This document shows positions 1 to 14,161 of a DNA stretch of 64,000 nucleotides, piece by piece. The stretch covers positions 96,968,001 through 97,032,000 of the forward strand of contig OX597824.1 in assembly GCA_951406725.2 (NCBI GenBank), given 5' to 3'. The notes beneath the pieces are model-generated. The model worked only from the letters and a program-made list of their open reading frames with translations. It ran no database searches and was not told the origin of the DNA. Position 1 is the first letter of the stretch. Each line of letters starts with the position of its first letter. Position numbers and translations under genes: made by a program. Origin of the DNA: Octopus vulgaris. Taxonomy: Eukaryota.

Positions 1-1496
1 AGGTCGACTAGTATTTTCGTAGATAGCTGAGGAGATATATACGTTTGTTTGTGGTTTGTGAAAAACTAGTTTACTTTTTAATAGTACACAGTGCGTTGCA
101 AGTAATAAAACTATTTATCGGCGGCCATGTGGTTAAATTACGGCTGTGGAATGTATGCTTTCGGGGAAGATAGGCAATCTTGTTACACCTTGTTAGAGGC
201 ATACCCCGGTACGGAGGTAAAGCACTTCAACCTGGGTATCGGCGTGTGTTTATATGAAGAGTTTGTCAATAACATCATTTGACAGCTCATGTCTCCGGGG
301 TACAAAATGGCAGCGAACACGCGAACGAAATGAAACATACACACATATATAAACACACATATACATATAGATACTTGTATGTGTGTGTGTGTGTATGTGT
401 GCGCGGGGGTTTACACACGCACACACACATATATATATTTGCGTGTATGCGCACAGTATAGGCATATGTATGTATATTTTAAAGTATATATGTATTATAT
501 ATACGTGTGTATGTATCATGCAGCACTCTCTTGAAATGTACAACAGTGTTAGGTAAACATGTTTTGTATGAGAAAAACTGACATATTTATGAGACACGCA
601 ACACTTTGAAAATGCAGTGTACACCGGGCACCGAACTCAGGGTTATATAAACAAATTCCTTTATAGTAATGGCAACAACAGCAGCAGCACAGACACCGCC
701 GCCTCCACCACCACCACCACCACCACCACCACCACCGCCGCCGCCGCCGCCATCACCACCACCACCAAGAACAGTAACAATCACGATATCAATAATGACC
801 AGAATCATTATAAGAATAACTTGTTTGACCAGACAAGATTTCGGTGGCGGAAGCAAAACAAATTACGAAAAAAAAAAAAATCACTGAAGGGTTTATGAAG
901 AAATCAGTAATTAATAAATTGTTAATTAAAGAGGGACAAATAAAACATAATTTTGGTTTTGTATATAGTTTACAAGGTACTTGATGTGATCTCGTGTATT
1001 GAAACATAATTTGTACTTCGGGAGGGTCACTGTCCTAATAATGAACACACGCACTGGTTCGGTTTGACTTCTTTATTCTTTATTATCATTTGTCAATTGC
1101 TTAATTATTTAAACGATTATGTAATCGGTCTCTCCCCCTCTCTCTCTCATACACACACACGCACGCACACACTTGGAGCAAGCACTTGGAGACAAAGGGT
1201 CCAGTGTAAACAAGAAAATACTCAATACTAAAAGTAGAGTATCAAAATGTGTTTGATAGGCTGGAAATGCAACTCTGCTTATTTCTAAACGGATTCCGCT
1301 GTCATTGTTGTGAAATTCTCAACGAGAAACGGGAACGGACAAAGAAGCGCCAGGAGACCCGCAAAGAACCGACAGGAGCCGTCTGCAACCGGATATGGTG
1401 ATCCCTCTTTTGGTCTACAGTCACACCCGGGTCCGCAGCAGTGAAATCTATTTAGTATATACCTATCTATTATTCTATGTATGTATGTCATTAATC

Positions 1497-1562
1497 AGCT
1501 TTATTTCAAGATTTCTTACCAAAAGAGTAAGAGACGGTTTCTAACCTAGATCCAAGGCTCCT
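1497..1562 (-). mobile_element. 3' fragment of a short (CATA)n-embedded repeat, same family as 19672-19778
   Basis: Reverse complement aaggagccttggatctaggttagaaaccg...aagaaatcttgaaataaa matches 19705-19768; (CATA)n on both sides. Confidence 0.7.
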
Positions 1563-1684
1563 TGTATGTATGTATGTATGTATGTATGTATGTATGTATG
1601 TATGTATGTATGTATGTATGTATGTATGTATGTATGTATGTATGTATGTATGTGTGTATATGTGTATGTATGTGTGTATGTATG

Positions 1685-1718
<34 letters not shown>

Positions 1719-1784
1719 TGTATGTATGTATGTGTGTATGTATGTGTGTGTGTATGTATGCATGCATGTATGTATGTGTATGTA

Positions 1785-1815
<31 letters not shown>

Positions 1816-1860
1816 ATGTATGCATGTATGTATGCATGTATGTATGTATGTATGTATGCA
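1563..1860. repeat. (ATGT)n tetranucleotide microsatellite
   Basis: Directly visible tandem repeat with GT interruptions. Confidence 0.95.
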
Positions 1861-2152
1861 TGCTATTAGTCGATTCTCTTCCAAAGTATGCTAAAGAAGA
1901 GAGTAAGCGGTATTTCTAATGGGTGAGACACCCCTCATCCTAGGAATGGCACTGCTTACCTGTTTATCAGGAAGGAGCAAAAGTAAGTGAAATAAGCCAA
2001 AATTGCTTAATTCTAGAAACGGTCGGTAACCCCGGTGCCGGCGGTTGTCCTATGTTTGATGGCTTCCATATTAATATCAAAGAAACTTCCAGCTTTTCAA
2101 TTCGTTGAGTAAGTTGAATGCGGGCGTGGAAAAACGGGACGAAGGGGTTTAG

Positions 2153-2183
2153 GCTGACGTTTCGGGTGAACCTTTATTAAAGC
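2153..2183 (-). ncRNA. Decayed minimal hammerhead-like motif (Penelope-type)
   Basis: Minus strand gct-TTAATAA-aggttcaccc-GAAA-cg-TC-agc; core differs from CTGATGA by three transitions, stem I gct/agc intact. Confidence 0.35.
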
Positions 2184-2263
2184 TGAGTAAGAAAGAAAAA
2201 AAGCAAGAAAAAAAAAGCAGAAAAAGAAACAATACCTGATTTATGCGTGGGTGTAACTTTCGA

Positions 2264-2299
<36 letters not shown>

Positions 2300-2789
2300 A
2301 TACACATAAACATTCGAGTGATACGGGTCACATTGGAGGTATATTTTTACTACCAACGGGTAATATGGGGGGAAAATGGCATAAATACAATAACTATAAT
2401 TTACCAAAATTTTTGATGCCTATTCAAAATGACGAACTTCAAAATGACAAAATTTTCGAAACAAAAATACTTATTGCCTCAAAATAAAATGAAGCAAAAT
2501 TCTCTTTTGTATATTTGCAATAAATATTTGTTAAAATCTTTTCAAATTTGATCAACCTGATCAGAATCTATACGTTTGGAAACCATTCTGCAAAATTTCA
2601 TTAAAATATGGCTATTTTTTCAGAAAGCATTCATTGCCTGCCACCAAGCCTATTGCATGCAGCGTGCACGTCCTACGTTCACTCTGTCTGCATCGCGGCT
2701 GTGCTTTCTGCCATCTCTGTCTATAAGATGTAAATTGCGATTGGAGAAATCGATCAGTAAACGAACCAAACTGATAATTTTTAAAATCT

Positions 2790-3085
2790 TTTTCTTGTTT
2801 CATTCTTCAGACTGTGGCCATGCTGGGGCACCGCCTAGAAGAGAATTTTTTAATCGAATGAATCGATAACACTACTTATTTTTGTTTAAAACATGGTACT
2901 TGTTCTGACGAACCGCTAAGTTAAGAAGGTGTAAACACCACGCCAGTTGTCTTGCAGTAATGGGGTACACAGAGGCAAAGACACACACACACACACATAT
3001 ACACATACACGCACGCTTGTGCGCGCGCACACACTCACTCATACATTATAGATAAACACGACAAGCATCTTTCAGTTTTCATTAA
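2790..3085 (-). mobile_element. SINE-A 3' half, diverged
   Basis: cttgtttca...actgtggccatgctggggcaccgcct...gaaccgctaagtt matches the 55826-56235 copy. Confidence 0.75.
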
Positions 3086-3105
3086 AAATATCCATTCACG
3101 AGGTT

Positions 3106-3170
<65 letters not shown>

Positions 3171-3353
3171 CACTCTTGCACTCACGTATTACGCGCATAT
3201 TTTGTATAGTTTTCAAAATAAAGCAAAGAACAGCACCAGCTGGGGTAATTTCGCCACCACCACCACCACTACTACTACTACTACTACTTGGTCGTAGCAT
3301 CGCTACTATTATCTAATAGAAGCGTTAACAGCAGTAGCAGTGTTAGTTGTAGT

Positions 3354-3411
<58 letters not shown>

Positions 3412-3515
3412 GTAGTAGTTAGTGTATAGCCATGTGGTGAAGGCCAAAACTAATTAAGTAGCACAAATTGAAATTTTGGCAAATGTCCCATCTGTGGGTC
3501 TACATACATACATAC

Positions 3516-3550
<35 letters not shown>

Positions 3551-3623
3551 AAATATAACATTTTATATATTACATATATATATTTATACAAAAACACACA
3601 CACATATATATAGATATATACAG

Positions 3624-3658
<35 letters not shown>

Positions 3659-3707
3659 CATATCAAATAAATCTGAATTTATCTGTGTGTATGATTTTGG
3701 ACCTTGG

Positions 3708-3738
<31 letters not shown>

Positions 3739-4008
3739 CAAAGAAAGAAAGAGAGAGAGAATGGTAGAGAGAGAGAGAAAGAGATGGTTAGCTAGATAAA
3801 TAGATAAACAGGTACGCGTTTCTTATACACCTTAATCATGTTTAGTGGGATATTATACGTTTATATATACACATATCTTAAATCCATACGTGTGTGTGTG
3901 TGTATATATATATACATACATATATATATACATATGTATTCATATATATACATATATATGCATATATATACATATATACATACATACATACATACATACA
4001 TACATACA

Positions 4009-4062
<54 letters not shown>

Positions 4063-4079
4063 GCAATAATAAATCTCTG

Positions 4080-4137
<58 letters not shown>

Positions 4138-4792
4138 TGTGTCTATGTGCTTGTGTGTGTGTGTATATGTGTATACACATCTCATACAGCCTTAATCAAA
4201 CATACTATTATAGATGCATATTCCTGCACATATACCCCCCTTTGTGCAAGGTACACATATGCATACCCTGGGACATGCGCCCTCATTCCACGTACAATCA
4301 TACGCACAGACATCCGCGTGTCTTTCAGGTTAGGAGTTATTTTAATGAGTGTGGGAATGGCTATGAGTGGAGGGGTGGTCAGAGTAAGGTACGTAGAAGG
4401 TTAATACTTGGGATTCTTTTAGTAAAGAATCTTCCTTTGTCCAGGATATAGAAGGGGCAACATATAAGAATATTGCTCTCTTTTAGTGGCCGAAATAGGG
4501 GAGTGGAGGGAAGATAGACGAGTTAGAGCGCCGGGGGATGGGGGTGGGATGGAAGCCGAAGGATTATGCGAGGAATGCGTTAAATTGCTGTTTGTCGACG
4601 AAGTTGCGTTGCAAAGTTTGCTTGGAATTTCAAACCGGCAAATTAAATGCAGCAGATTATAAAGTATTGGGGTGTCGTAGTTTCGATTTGACGCTGACGT
4701 TCTTCAGTTGTCTAGAGATGAGGCAGGTGCGTGCGTACTTGTGTGTGTGTGTTTGTGTGCTTGCGTGTGTGTGTGTGTGTGTGTGTGTGTAT

Positions 4793-5128
4793 GGGTACAC
4801 CAGGCACACGCATCGCAACCACATCTGCTCGACGTGGTGACCTCATATCAAGATAAACAGCTCATAACCTTGCAAGTGGGTCCTCTTAGCACTTTCTACT
4901 CAACAGGTCTCTGAATAAGGGGGATGAATGAAACGCCCATGTTTCCAGAGGTGGATTATTCGAATCCCAAAATATCCGTCCCAACGCATGGCTCTGATGC
5001 TTCCCCACAACTCCTGCTTGTGATCAGAGTTGTACATATCGTCACCCACAGAGGGACATGCTCAGCTGCTTAAGGTCAAACAATCGACAAGTAAATCTGC
5101 GATATTGAGCAGGATCTTTACTGCAGCT
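4793..5128 (-). mobile_element. Dispersed repeat family C, older copy of 59657-60140
   Basis: ctcatatcaagataaacagc, cccatgtttccagaggtg and ctgcttgtgatcagag are reverse complements of colinear blocks in 59700-60050. Confidence 0.8.
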
Positions 5129-5689
5129 CCTGTAGAGTCTGGTGTGTATACAGCAACAAATGTCGATTTGACAAAATTTGAGAGACGTTAGTTACAGAGC
5201 ATACCATAAGCCATGTTATCTTTTGGATGTCTTTAGATGATTTTAGGTGATTTTTTTGTATTACTGTGTGTGTTTGTTTGTTTATTTGCTTATGTATGTG
5301 TGTGTATGAAACTATTATGAAATTAATGAACACAAATTGAAAGGGTGAAACACAGGAGGGACAAATTATAACAAATGTAGTATTAGCTCAACGCTTAAAA
5401 AAAGGGAATGATCTTGATGTTTCGGACGGTGGAACTTCACCAAACAAAAAATACAGAATAAAAACACGAAAGGGGAAAAGGCGAAACTAGCAAGACGAAA
5501 AGAAGAAAAGCGACTGCGTGCCAGGTGGAAATGCTGTTCTAATGAGGAGTTAAGAAGGTAGGAGTGGGTGGGGTGCGCGCGGGTGAGCTTCTGTACATTA
5601 AGGTGGGCATAAGGAGGTGAGCTTTATATATATATATATACAGTATATATAATTAACCTGTTGTGTGTAAACAGTAACGGTCTTTGGAT

Positions 5690-6300
5690 TAAAGGCATTC
5701 CAGACCCAACCAAGCCATCTCAGTGATGGGACATTATACTTAGGATCTCATATTATTCAATGTATCTTTCATTCTACGCTGGTAAGGTTTAACATGAGAG
5801 ACATTGACTGTTATTTCTAGCAGGTTGAGAGACCACGCTGGCTGGAATTTTCATGCATAACGACCGAGTACAGACAGAATCGGGACATGTGGTGTGAGAA
5901 TAAGATCGTGTTTATGGAAGTAGAAATACCATGTTGACCGTGAAAGAGTTAACAAAGGGGTCGTCTAAATATTTGCATTGCCTGCTAGAAACAACAGCCA
6001 AACCTACTTATTCTCACTGTATCGCTTTAATGAAGAATGAATACGTTGGAGAATCTACATCTAGATAAATGAAAAAAAAAAGAGGAATGGTCACGGCTAG
6101 AACGCCTTTTATTATAGATGGGATATGTAGATATGTATCCCGGATCAGCCCAATTCTTTGTGATTTCAGCTATGAGCAACACGTCTGTTTGTATAATTAA
6201 GAATACATTGGCCAATATGGTCACCCAATTCAAACAAACGGTAGGATGCAGTCGAGGGAATTTAGCTGCTATGTCTAGCAGGTCATTTGACAGCGTAGAG
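5690..6300. repeat. Cluster of old repeat family B fragments in both orientations
   Basis: Motifs aaaggcattccag...accatc and gctgytatttctagcagg recur here and near 11580, 36420, 37315, 53880, 58130 and 59070. Confidence 0.6.
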
Positions 6301-6542
6301 ATTTGGTGGGTGGTGGGGGGTAGAGTGAAGATGGGGAAGGATTTCCTCCTTGTGGTGTAATTAGAAATCAGCGCCTGAACAACACCTGCCGAGCAGCTGC
6401 AGATGAAACACTTGGGGCCATCCATATAAAGCTGTCTCTCACTACGTCCGTCACTCTGTCTGCTTCTCTCTCTCTCTCTCTCTCTCTCTTTTCCTTCATA
6501 TCTCTCCCCCCTCTCTCCCTCTCTCTCATATATATATATATA

Positions 6543-6854
6543 TACTCTTTTACTCTTTTACTTGTTTCAGTCATTTGACTGCGGCCATGCTGGAGCACCG
6601 CCTTTAATCGAGCAAATCGACCCCGGGACTTATTCTTTTGTAAGCCCAGTACTTATTCTATCGGTCTCTTGTGCCGAACCGCTAAGTAACGGGGACATAA
6701 ACACACCAGCATCGGTTGTCAAGCAAATCCAGTCACAAGGCATTGGTCGGCCCGGGGCCTATGGCAGAAGACACTTGCCCAAGATGCCACGCAGTGGGAC
6801 TGAACCCGGAACCATGTGGTTGATTAGCAAGCTACTTACCACACAGCCACTCCT
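6543..6854 (-). mobile_element. SINE-A, young subfamily, internal microsatellite region deleted
   Basis: Near-identical to 55826-56235; tRNA-like head (A box TGGCTGTGTGG, B box GGTTCAGTCCC); ~96-bp deletion between CAA microhomologies. Confidence 0.9.
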
Positions 6855-6972
6855 ATTGTTTGTGTGTTTTATGTCAAGTTACGATAAAACAATTTTTTTT
6901 TATTAAACTGAAGGATTACTCAATACATTCTATAGAGTATATATTGGTAATTCCTTTAAAAAGAATACTCTT

Positions 6973-7019
6973 GACAACGACTTCAAAGCTTCGGCATTCG
7001 TCGCCTTCATCGGACTGTC
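6973..7019 (-). ncRNA. Hammerhead-like motif with variant core
   Basis: Minus strand gacagt-CCGATGA-aggcgacgaatgcc-GAAG-ctttgaag-TC-gttgtc; stems I, II and III all pair; a partial second copy lies near 10330-10352. Confidence 0.45.
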
Positions 7020-7264
7020 CGATGAAGGCTGAGCAGTCCGGAAAAAGTGTAAAAAAGAGAAAAACTGGCTTAGCTCGACCTATGCGTTCCTTATAGGAAA
7101 CTCTAGATTTGTGGACAATTCCAGAATTCGGAAGACAGATTATAAGAATCAGGTTCGGTTCCAGCATTAATTCGGACCTAAGATATTCTATTCTACACCT
7201 TTATTTACGTCTTCAAAGCTATTATATACACATGTATGCATATATATATTATATTTGTAGATAT

Positions 7265-7308
<44 letters not shown>

Positions 7309-7331
7309 ATACACACATAAATATACATACT

Positions 7332-7385
<54 letters not shown>

Positions 7386-7564
7386 CAGATATGCGTGTAT
7401 GTATGTATGCATACATGGTTGATGGCTTCATGTAAGTTTCACAAGTGCTCACAAATCGGTCAATAAGCCATGTTGATGTATCGATCAAAATAATTGCTTG
7501 ATAGATCGAACATTCATGAAACCGAAAGTAAACGCACAAAACACTCAATTTCTATAGAAGTTCA

Positions 7565-7565
<1 letters not shown>

Positions 7566-7659
<94 letters not shown>

Positions 7660-7676
7660 TATACATGTAGACATAT

Positions 7677-7752
<76 letters not shown>
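7566..7752. repeat. (TA)n microsatellite
   Basis: Directly visible. Confidence 0.95.
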
Positions 7753-7754
<2 letters not shown>

Positions 7755-7886
7755 CATATGCATACACACGCACACGCACATATACTCAAACGTTACAATT
7801 TGTCAACGAAAGAGAAATGGAAGCACAGAGTACTTCATGAGAACTCAATACATGAGTTAGAGTAAATGTAAGCTGAATTCATTTTC

Positions 7887-7927
7887 TCGCGACTCGATTT
7901 TCACGTCACTGCGATCTTCAGGTGCGA
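7887..7927 (-). ncRNA. Decayed hammerhead-like motif
   Basis: Minus strand tcgcac-CTGAAGA-tcgcagtgacgt-GAAA-atcgag-TC-gcga; intact core boxes and palindromic TCGA in loop III, imperfect stems. Confidence 0.4.
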
Positions 7928-8621
7928 ACTCGATGAATGGTGACCGCCCGAAACGTTTAAGATTCTGGAAGGCAAATTATTGTAGAGCGAAAACGTCATT
8001 CACCCCCAACACACACAACACACATATAAAATATGTATCTTTGAAATAGATCGACGCGAATTTAAAAAATAGAAATGTCTAGTTGGTTGGTATGCTTAGG
8101 TTTCCAATAAAGTCTGATTACCACACACGTTGCTCATGGTCTGTGGAGACACTCTTATAGATAGATGCGCACACATACAATCAAAAATATATGCATGTAT
8201 GTATGCATTCATGCATGTTTGTATGCATGTATGTATAAATGTGTGAGTGTGTGTGTGTGTGTGTATACGTACTGCAAAGCAGATGCACAAATTCTTACTC
8301 ATACAAATACCTATAAAAACAAACAGGGATATAAAATACATACATGCATATACACAAGCATGCGCAAATATACAAAAAGGAAAATGAGAAAGAGAGAGAG
8401 AGAGAGAGAGAGGATGGGTGGGTGAGAGAGATGTATGCGTCTATACATTAAAACATTCATCTATATGAACATTTATATGTGTGTGGAACGTGTGTATGTG
8501 TGTGTGTGTGCTTGTGCGTGTGTGAATTTGTGTATATACCCTCACACATATATTGTATATATACAATCTACACGCGCGTAGACGCACGTCGCTCTCTCTC
8601 GCTGTCTCTCTCTCTCTCTCA

Positions 8622-8669
<48 letters not shown>

Positions 8670-9068
8670 TCATATATATATATATACATACGTATACAAG
8701 CGTATGTATGTACATGTATGTACAGGTACATACACAGGCACACGTAGTCACCAACATATATGGATAGGGAGAAAGTGTGTGTGTGTGTGTGGGTGTGACA
8801 GGATAGATAGATAGGCAGGCAGACAACGAGACAGAGAGAGAGAGAGAGAGAGAGGGAAAGAGAGAGAGAGAGATACAGGAAACAAGGCAAGAGACAAACA
8901 GAGATGGTGTAAGGAAGGTGAGGGGGTGGAGGGAGCAGCACTGCAGAACGGAACAGCACACTTGATGCACCACAAACGGTAAACTGACTGGTGGATACGG
9001 GAGGAGGTAACTCTGCAAGCTTCTTGATGGACCCCCCCCCATCCTTACACACACGCACGCACACACAC

Positions 9069-9140
<72 letters not shown>

Positions 9141-9166
9141 CTCTATCCACATCTCTATACACACAG

Positions 9167-9314
<148 letters not shown>

Positions 9315-9728
9315 GAGTGGCTGTGTGATGAGTAGCTTGCTTGCCAACCACAAGGTTCTGGGTCCAGTCCCAATGCGTGGCACCTTCGGCAAGTGTCTTC
9401 TGCTATAGCCTAGGGCTGACCAAAGTCTTCTGAGTGGATTTGGTAGATGGAAACTGAAAGAAGCCCATCGTATATATATGTGTGGGTGTGTGTGTGCGTA
9501 TGTATGTATGTATATGTCTTTGTGTCTTTGTTTGTCCTCCCACCATCGCTTGACAACCGATGTTGGTGTGTTTACGTCCCCGTTATCTAGCGGTTCGGCA
9601 AAAGTGACCGGTAGAGTTAGTAATAGGCTTACAAAGAATAAGTCCTGGGGTCGATTTGTTCGACTAAAGACGGTGCCCCATCATGGCCGCAGTCAAATGG
9701 CAGAGACAGGTAAAAGAATAAAAGAATA
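9315..9728 (+). mobile_element. SINE-A, full length (tRNA-derived, internal microsatellite)
   Basis: gagtggctgtgtg head, gcaccttcggcaagtgtcttct central block, tail gtaaaagaataaaaga. Confidence 0.9.
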
Positions 9729-9730
9729 TA

Positions 9731-9783
<53 letters not shown>

Positions 9784-9789
9784 CTCCTA

Positions 9790-10250
9790 GTACCGCTTGA
9801 TAACCATTGTTGGTTTGTTTACGTCCTCGTAAGCTTGCAGTTCGTCATATAATGAACGACATAAGAAATAGGTACTAGGGGCGATTTGTTCAACTAAAAC
9901 CCTTCAAGGTTTACTCATAAGCCACTTTCAAGCGACATAGTCCCGGGTTCATTCTCACTGCGTGGCACCTTGCCCACGCGTCGTCTATTATAACCTGGGA
10001 CTGACAAAAGCCTTGTGGGTGAAGATATACATATTCGAGGCCCGGGGTGTGTATATACAACTATAGGTGCCATAGTATCTGTGTTTGTCTTCCACCATCG
10101 TTCGACAACCGGTGTTGTCGTGTTTACGTCCTCGTCACTTAGCAGTTCAGCGAAAGTGACTGATAGAATAAGTAATAATATTCATTCAATTAAAATTCCT
10201 CAAGGCGGTGCCCCAGCGTGGCCGCAGTCTAATAACTGAAACAAAAAAAA
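9790..10250 (+). mobile_element. Two diverged SINE-A remnants
   Basis: tgcgtggcacctt, gtttacgtcc and ggcggtgccccagcgtggccgcagtc blocks. Confidence 0.7.
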
Positions 10251-10419
10251 AAAAAAAATAAAATAAAGGATCCCTTCGTTTACTCTGTTGAATACATTTG
10301 TGAGTTGTATTCTAGGAAAAACATTATTAATAGTGACTTCGAAGCTTCGGCAGATACAGGCTTCGCCATACCTTGACTGCATGCGCGCGCGCATGTTGTA
10401 AGTAGTTATCTGTGCAGAT

Positions 10420-10463
<44 letters not shown>

Positions 10464-10945
10464 GTATGTATGTATGTATGTATCTTTAACTATACAGTTA
10501 ATATAATTATACACACGCACGCGTACACAAGCGCAAATGTACGCACAAATATTTGCGCGTATGCACGCTCATACAGAATATACACGCGTATGTGTGTGTG
10601 AGTATATATATATGTATATATATTATATATACTCACATATATATATACACAAATAAATACATACGCACACACACAGTCACACGTATGTTTATGCAGACGC
10701 GCGCGTGCGCGTTATTTGTTGTTATCGAATGCGGAAGTAGGATTTTAACATGCGCACAAGCTCACAAACATAGACACGCACGCACACACGAACACGTTCA
10801 CATACACACACACACGCGCACATATACGCACAAGCATTGACGTACAGACACGCACACACACACGCACATAGATAGATACAGACATGCCAGAACACAAGCA
10901 TTCATACACACGCAGCGCGCCTGCGCGTACACAAATGTACGCACG

Positions 10946-10986
<41 letters not shown>

Positions 10987-10999
10987 ATATTCATGTTTA

Positions 11000-11330
11000 T
11001 TATCTTTTCCTTGTTTCAATCATCAGACTGCGGCCATGCTGGGGCACCGCCTTGAAGAATCGACTCCAGTACTTGCTTTTTAAAGTCTGGTACTTATTCC
11101 ATCGATATCTTTTGACGTACTTCTAAGTTACTGAGACGTAAACACAAAGCTACCGGTTCTCAAGCGGTAGTGGGGGAAAAACACGGACACACACACAAAC
11201 ACAAACACACACATAGATTAACACACGCACACACACAGCCCACTCTCATGGAAACTGACAGGTTTTTGGACTGAACCTGGAACCATGTGGTTCGGACTGA
11301 AGCTCTTTTCCCACACAGCGACTCAGCCAT
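11000..11330 (-). mobile_element. SINE-A, diverged and internally deleted
   Basis: actgcggccatgctggggcaccgcctt ... ggactgaacctggaaccatgtggtt ... ccacacagc. Confidence 0.8.
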
Positions 11331-11785
11331 TCATTCGCATACACAATGCATACATACACACACATACATGCACAAATATACACATATAAACTTAGATACA
11401 TAAACTGACGTAAGAACACATTCATATACATACACACATATATACGCATAAATACATACAGACATGTTTATGAAGACATTGAATTAAGCGATGAACGAAG
11501 TGATGCAGAAAAATGCAAAAATTGTTGTTATTTAGCCTCAGGCCAGCCACATTGGCATATGTCTGGCCTGTGATGAAAGCCGTTCCAGCCATAACCATCA
11601 CGTCTGTTTCCTATGGTAGTGTTACTCGGTGGTATGAAGTGATTCTAAGGTAACCCGTGTGATGTTTCTAGCAGTGTAGTAAGCACATCGTAGAGGGTCC
11701 CTCGTGAGCTGGAAGCGAAGAAATGACGGCAAGAGGAGAGGAATAGATGAGGTGAAGAGATGGGGAAGATTGATAGATGCACAGA

Positions 11786-11827
<42 letters not shown>

Positions 11828-11981
11828 GAGAGAGGGAGAGAGAGAGAGAAAAGAGATAAATTCATGCTCTCTCTCTCTCATACACACATACACAAGTATA
11901 TATACATACACACAGAGGTGGGAGAAACTGGGGATAGACAACAGAGTAGTTAGAAGCAGAGAGAGAGAGAGAGAGAAAGAA

Positions 11982-12021
<40 letters not shown>

Positions 12022-12168
12022 GCGGATAATAAACAAAGAGGAATATGATTAACCAGCCGAGAAGATAAATAGATGGATAGATAGAAAGATAGAATAAACC
12101 ATGTGTTTGTGTGTGTATGATGTATGTATATAAATATATACATATACATATATATGTGTGTGTATATG

Positions 12169-12246
<78 letters not shown>

Positions 12247-12400
12247 CATTTATATATATATATATATTTATATGTATGTGTGTGTATGTATGTATGTATG
12301 TATGTATGTATGTATATGATTTCTGTCGTCCTACAGGTTGATAGATTGAGATAGCGATAAATAGATAGGTAGAGGTACAGAAAGAGAGAGAAAGAGGAGA

Positions 12401-12480
<80 letters not shown>

Positions 12481-12753
12481 CGGGTAGAACGGACCATATT
12501 TTTACCGGCAATTCTCAGGTGTACCTGTATTCGTGTGACTTGGTTATTTGAGAGAGTAGAAAAGTGTGTGATGTAGGAGGTGTATTGAATGTGTATGTGT
12601 GTGTGTATCTATGTATGTGTGTGTGTGTGCGAGTGTATATATGTGTGTGTGTTTGTGCAGCACTGCGTATTTTGCGGCCACTTCGGATGTTGGCGATTCC
12701 ATGTGTGTAGTTAAAGAAAACAGCTGTTTACTGCATTATACATACATATACAT

Positions 12754-12809
<56 letters not shown>

Positions 12810-12994
12810 TTTCTCTTTCTCTCTCTCCACACACACACACACACAGACGTGTGTGTGTGTGTGTGAACACATCCTGCGTGCGACGTTCTCAGACCCCCAT
12901 CGTCTTCTATATTCGATTTACACACACAAGAAAACACACAGATACCTATGTACGTATGTATGTATACATATACGTACATATATGTGTGTGTATG

Positions 12995-13027
<33 letters not shown>

Positions 13028-13281
13028 TTGTGCATATATATTGGTTGTAACCCGCCACACTCAAGCACCACGCACATAAGAGCATCCCCCCCGCCCCGTC
13101 AGACGTCTACAGCCAGGAACTTGAATCTATGATTGCAGTAATATCGATCATTAATAGTCCTAAATGAGTAGGCTATGGGCTTGTCCCTCCTTCTTTATAC
13201 TTCGTGCGAAAAAGAAAATTTAATATTTAGACATACAACTAATTATATACACACACATACACGTGTGTGAGTGAGTAAGAG

Positions 13282-13333
<52 letters not shown>

Positions 13334-13501
13334 TATATGGATATATATATAGAGAGAGATAGATAGATAAATAGATAGATAGATTGATAGATTGATAGAT
13401 AGATTGATAGATAGTTAGATAAATAGACAGATGGATAGATAGATAGATACATACATAGATACATAGATAGACATATAGATAAATAGATAGATAGACAGAC
13501 G

Positions 13502-13562
<61 letters not shown>

Positions 13563-13790
13563 CTTGATTGATTGATAGATAGATATATTCCATCAATGTC
13601 TGTCTGTGTGTGTTGTGTATGCGTTATACGTTGAAGTATGTTAGTTTTAGATGTGTGTGTGTATAACATGATGTTACGTGCGTGCACGAGTTTGCCAATT
13701 GTCACAGTTTTAACAAACACACAAATACAATAACAAAGAGAACGATGTGGACGATAACGATAATAATAATAATAATAATAATGACAATAA

Positions 13791-13959
13791 TGGTTTCAAA
13801 ATTTGGTACAAGGCCAGCAATTTCGGGGGTGGTTATAAGCCGCTTACATCGGCTCAACAGGTTTCATGGAATCCGGAAGGATGAAGTCGACCACGGTGGC
13901 GGATGAAATGCCGCAAAACATTCTGCCCGACGCGGTAACGACTCAACCATCTCGCTGCC

Positions 13960-13960
<1 letters not shown>
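13791..13960 (-). mobile_element. Diverged SINE of the 38822-39053 family
   Basis: ccggaaggatgaagtcgacc and acaaggccagcaattt match reverse complements of 38914-38945 and 49664-49681. Confidence 0.6.
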
Positions 13961-13992
<32 letters not shown>

Positions 13993-14152
13993 GTAATGTT
14001 GATGAAGATGATGATAATGATGATGATGATAGTTATTTTGTTTTCTATGCCACAGAGGCTGTAGTGATACTACTAGTAGTGCACAAGTTGTGAAAGTAAA
14101 AAAGTAGGAGTAGTTAAGATAATAAAGAATAAAATGACGAAATTTTACTTAC

Positions 14153-14161
14153 GGTCATCAT
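14153..14161 (-). other. Candidate translation start plus splice donor of an unidentified host gene
   Basis: Minus strand ccaag ATG ATG ACC | gtaagt, downstream of CpG-rich unique sequence at 14680-15070; no partner exon identified. Confidence 0.2.

Noticed and set aside
2335-2640. AT-rich block resembling a DNA-transposon remnant
   Set aside because: Could not find TIRs, a TSD or a second copy.
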